From NCBI GenBank assembly GCA_965202585.1, contig OZ241830.1:40920001-40984000 (forward strand): a stretch of 64,000 nt of DNA, given 5' to 3'. The notes under the pieces were generated by a model. It was given only the letters and a program-made list of their open reading frames with translations, searched no databases and was not told the origin of the DNA. This DNA comes from Thalia democratica. Lineage: Eukaryota. Position numbers and translations under genes: made by a program. Positions 63,051 to 64,000 of this stretch are shown in pieces (within the stretch, counting starts at the first letter, position 1; each line of letters opens with the position of its first letter).

Positions 63051-64000
63051 AAAAAAAAACAAAAATAAAGTAAATACTGCAAGTGTAACTTATACGGAAC
63101 GTCCTTGAAAGGTCTTTCACAGAACTTAGCGTAACTATAAATTGTTTATCTTAGTAGTAACTCAGCTATAGTAATTTTATTTATATTAATGACTATTTAG
63201 TTTGCATTTCTGTTTATGTATTTGTTTTATATGCTAAATTATATACTAATTCTTTTATATACTAAATGTTTAATAAAATATTTCTTTAAACTGGAATTGA
63301 ACCATTTTTATCTAGTTTTTATATACAGCAAACTAACAAACTTTTGTCAAGTTTGAAATTCTTATTAACATCTTTATATAGAATGACTGATCGTAAGAAT
63401 GGTGTAATACATAACATATAGAAATTTCAAAAGTTTTAATGGAAAAAGTTATAATTATTACTTTTTTATATTAATTGACAGTTACTTAATATTATATAAT
63501 AGTTTTTATTGTAAATGACAATATATGTGAATCAGTGGTTTAAATTATAATACTATAGTTTACTTAAAAAAAGGTTTAATGTAACAAAACTAGATTACGG
63601 CCACGCATTTAAGAAATTTTAGATGAAATTAATCAAAGCTGATGATGGCACTTTAAACAAATAGTTGAGTTATAAGAAAACGTCTCTAAATAAACTACTA
63701 ATAAAAAACTACTTAATAATAAGCTGTTTGTTTAAAAACGAATGAACTAAAAATATTTCAGAAAACTTTACTCTGTCAACCATTAGTTGCTTTAAAACAA
63801 TTAAAAAAATTGTTTATTATATCAATTTTTGATAATACTTTTAAGTAACTATTAGTTTAATGAGTAAAGGTCTTTGAAATGTTAAAGAACTTCAGTATAA
63901 GTTTATGATGACGAAGTACAAAGCAAATTTAATAGCTTTTAAAACTTTAACAGTTGTGATAAACTAAAAATTAAAAAACTTAGTTCGAGCTCCAATAAAT

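Noticed and set aside
1-64000. rRNA, tRNA, CRISPR arrays or prokaryotic operon-like systems
   Set aside because: No cloverleaf, rRNA-like GC block, regularly spaced repeat-spacer array or dense ORF packing seen; the window is eukaryotic intron-rich DNA.

Overview
This is very AT-rich, intron-dense animal genomic DNA; an invertebrate chordate such as a tunicate is my inference, not something the sequence proves. (1) 1-18212 (+): the 3' part of a FREM1/QBRICK-like extracellular-matrix gene with 33 hand-traced exons encoding CSPG/cadherin-like repeats, Calx-beta, a low-complexity linker and a C-type lectin. It includes one GC-AG intron and probably needs one extra microexon to keep frame. (2) 19150-22401: a decayed hAT (Buster/SPIN/Charlie-type) transposon with TIRs, a degenerate TA-centred 8-bp TSD, transposase remnants and a nested insert. 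(3) ~27326-50605 or further (-): an orphan, probably secreted, proteoglycan-like gene built almost entirely from small phase-1 exons. It carries two acidic Ser-Gly-Asp sites, duplicated exons and a central RLRKR motif; its start exon was not found. Its introns hold a perfect 240-bp inverted repeat, a ~460-bp imperfect palindrome and MITEs. (4) 60420-63050 (+): an intact intronless 258-aa ORF I cannot assign, followed by two decayed paralogs. A ~65-95-bp hairpin-forming element occurs three times. No rRNA, tRNA, CRISPR or prokaryotic features are supported.
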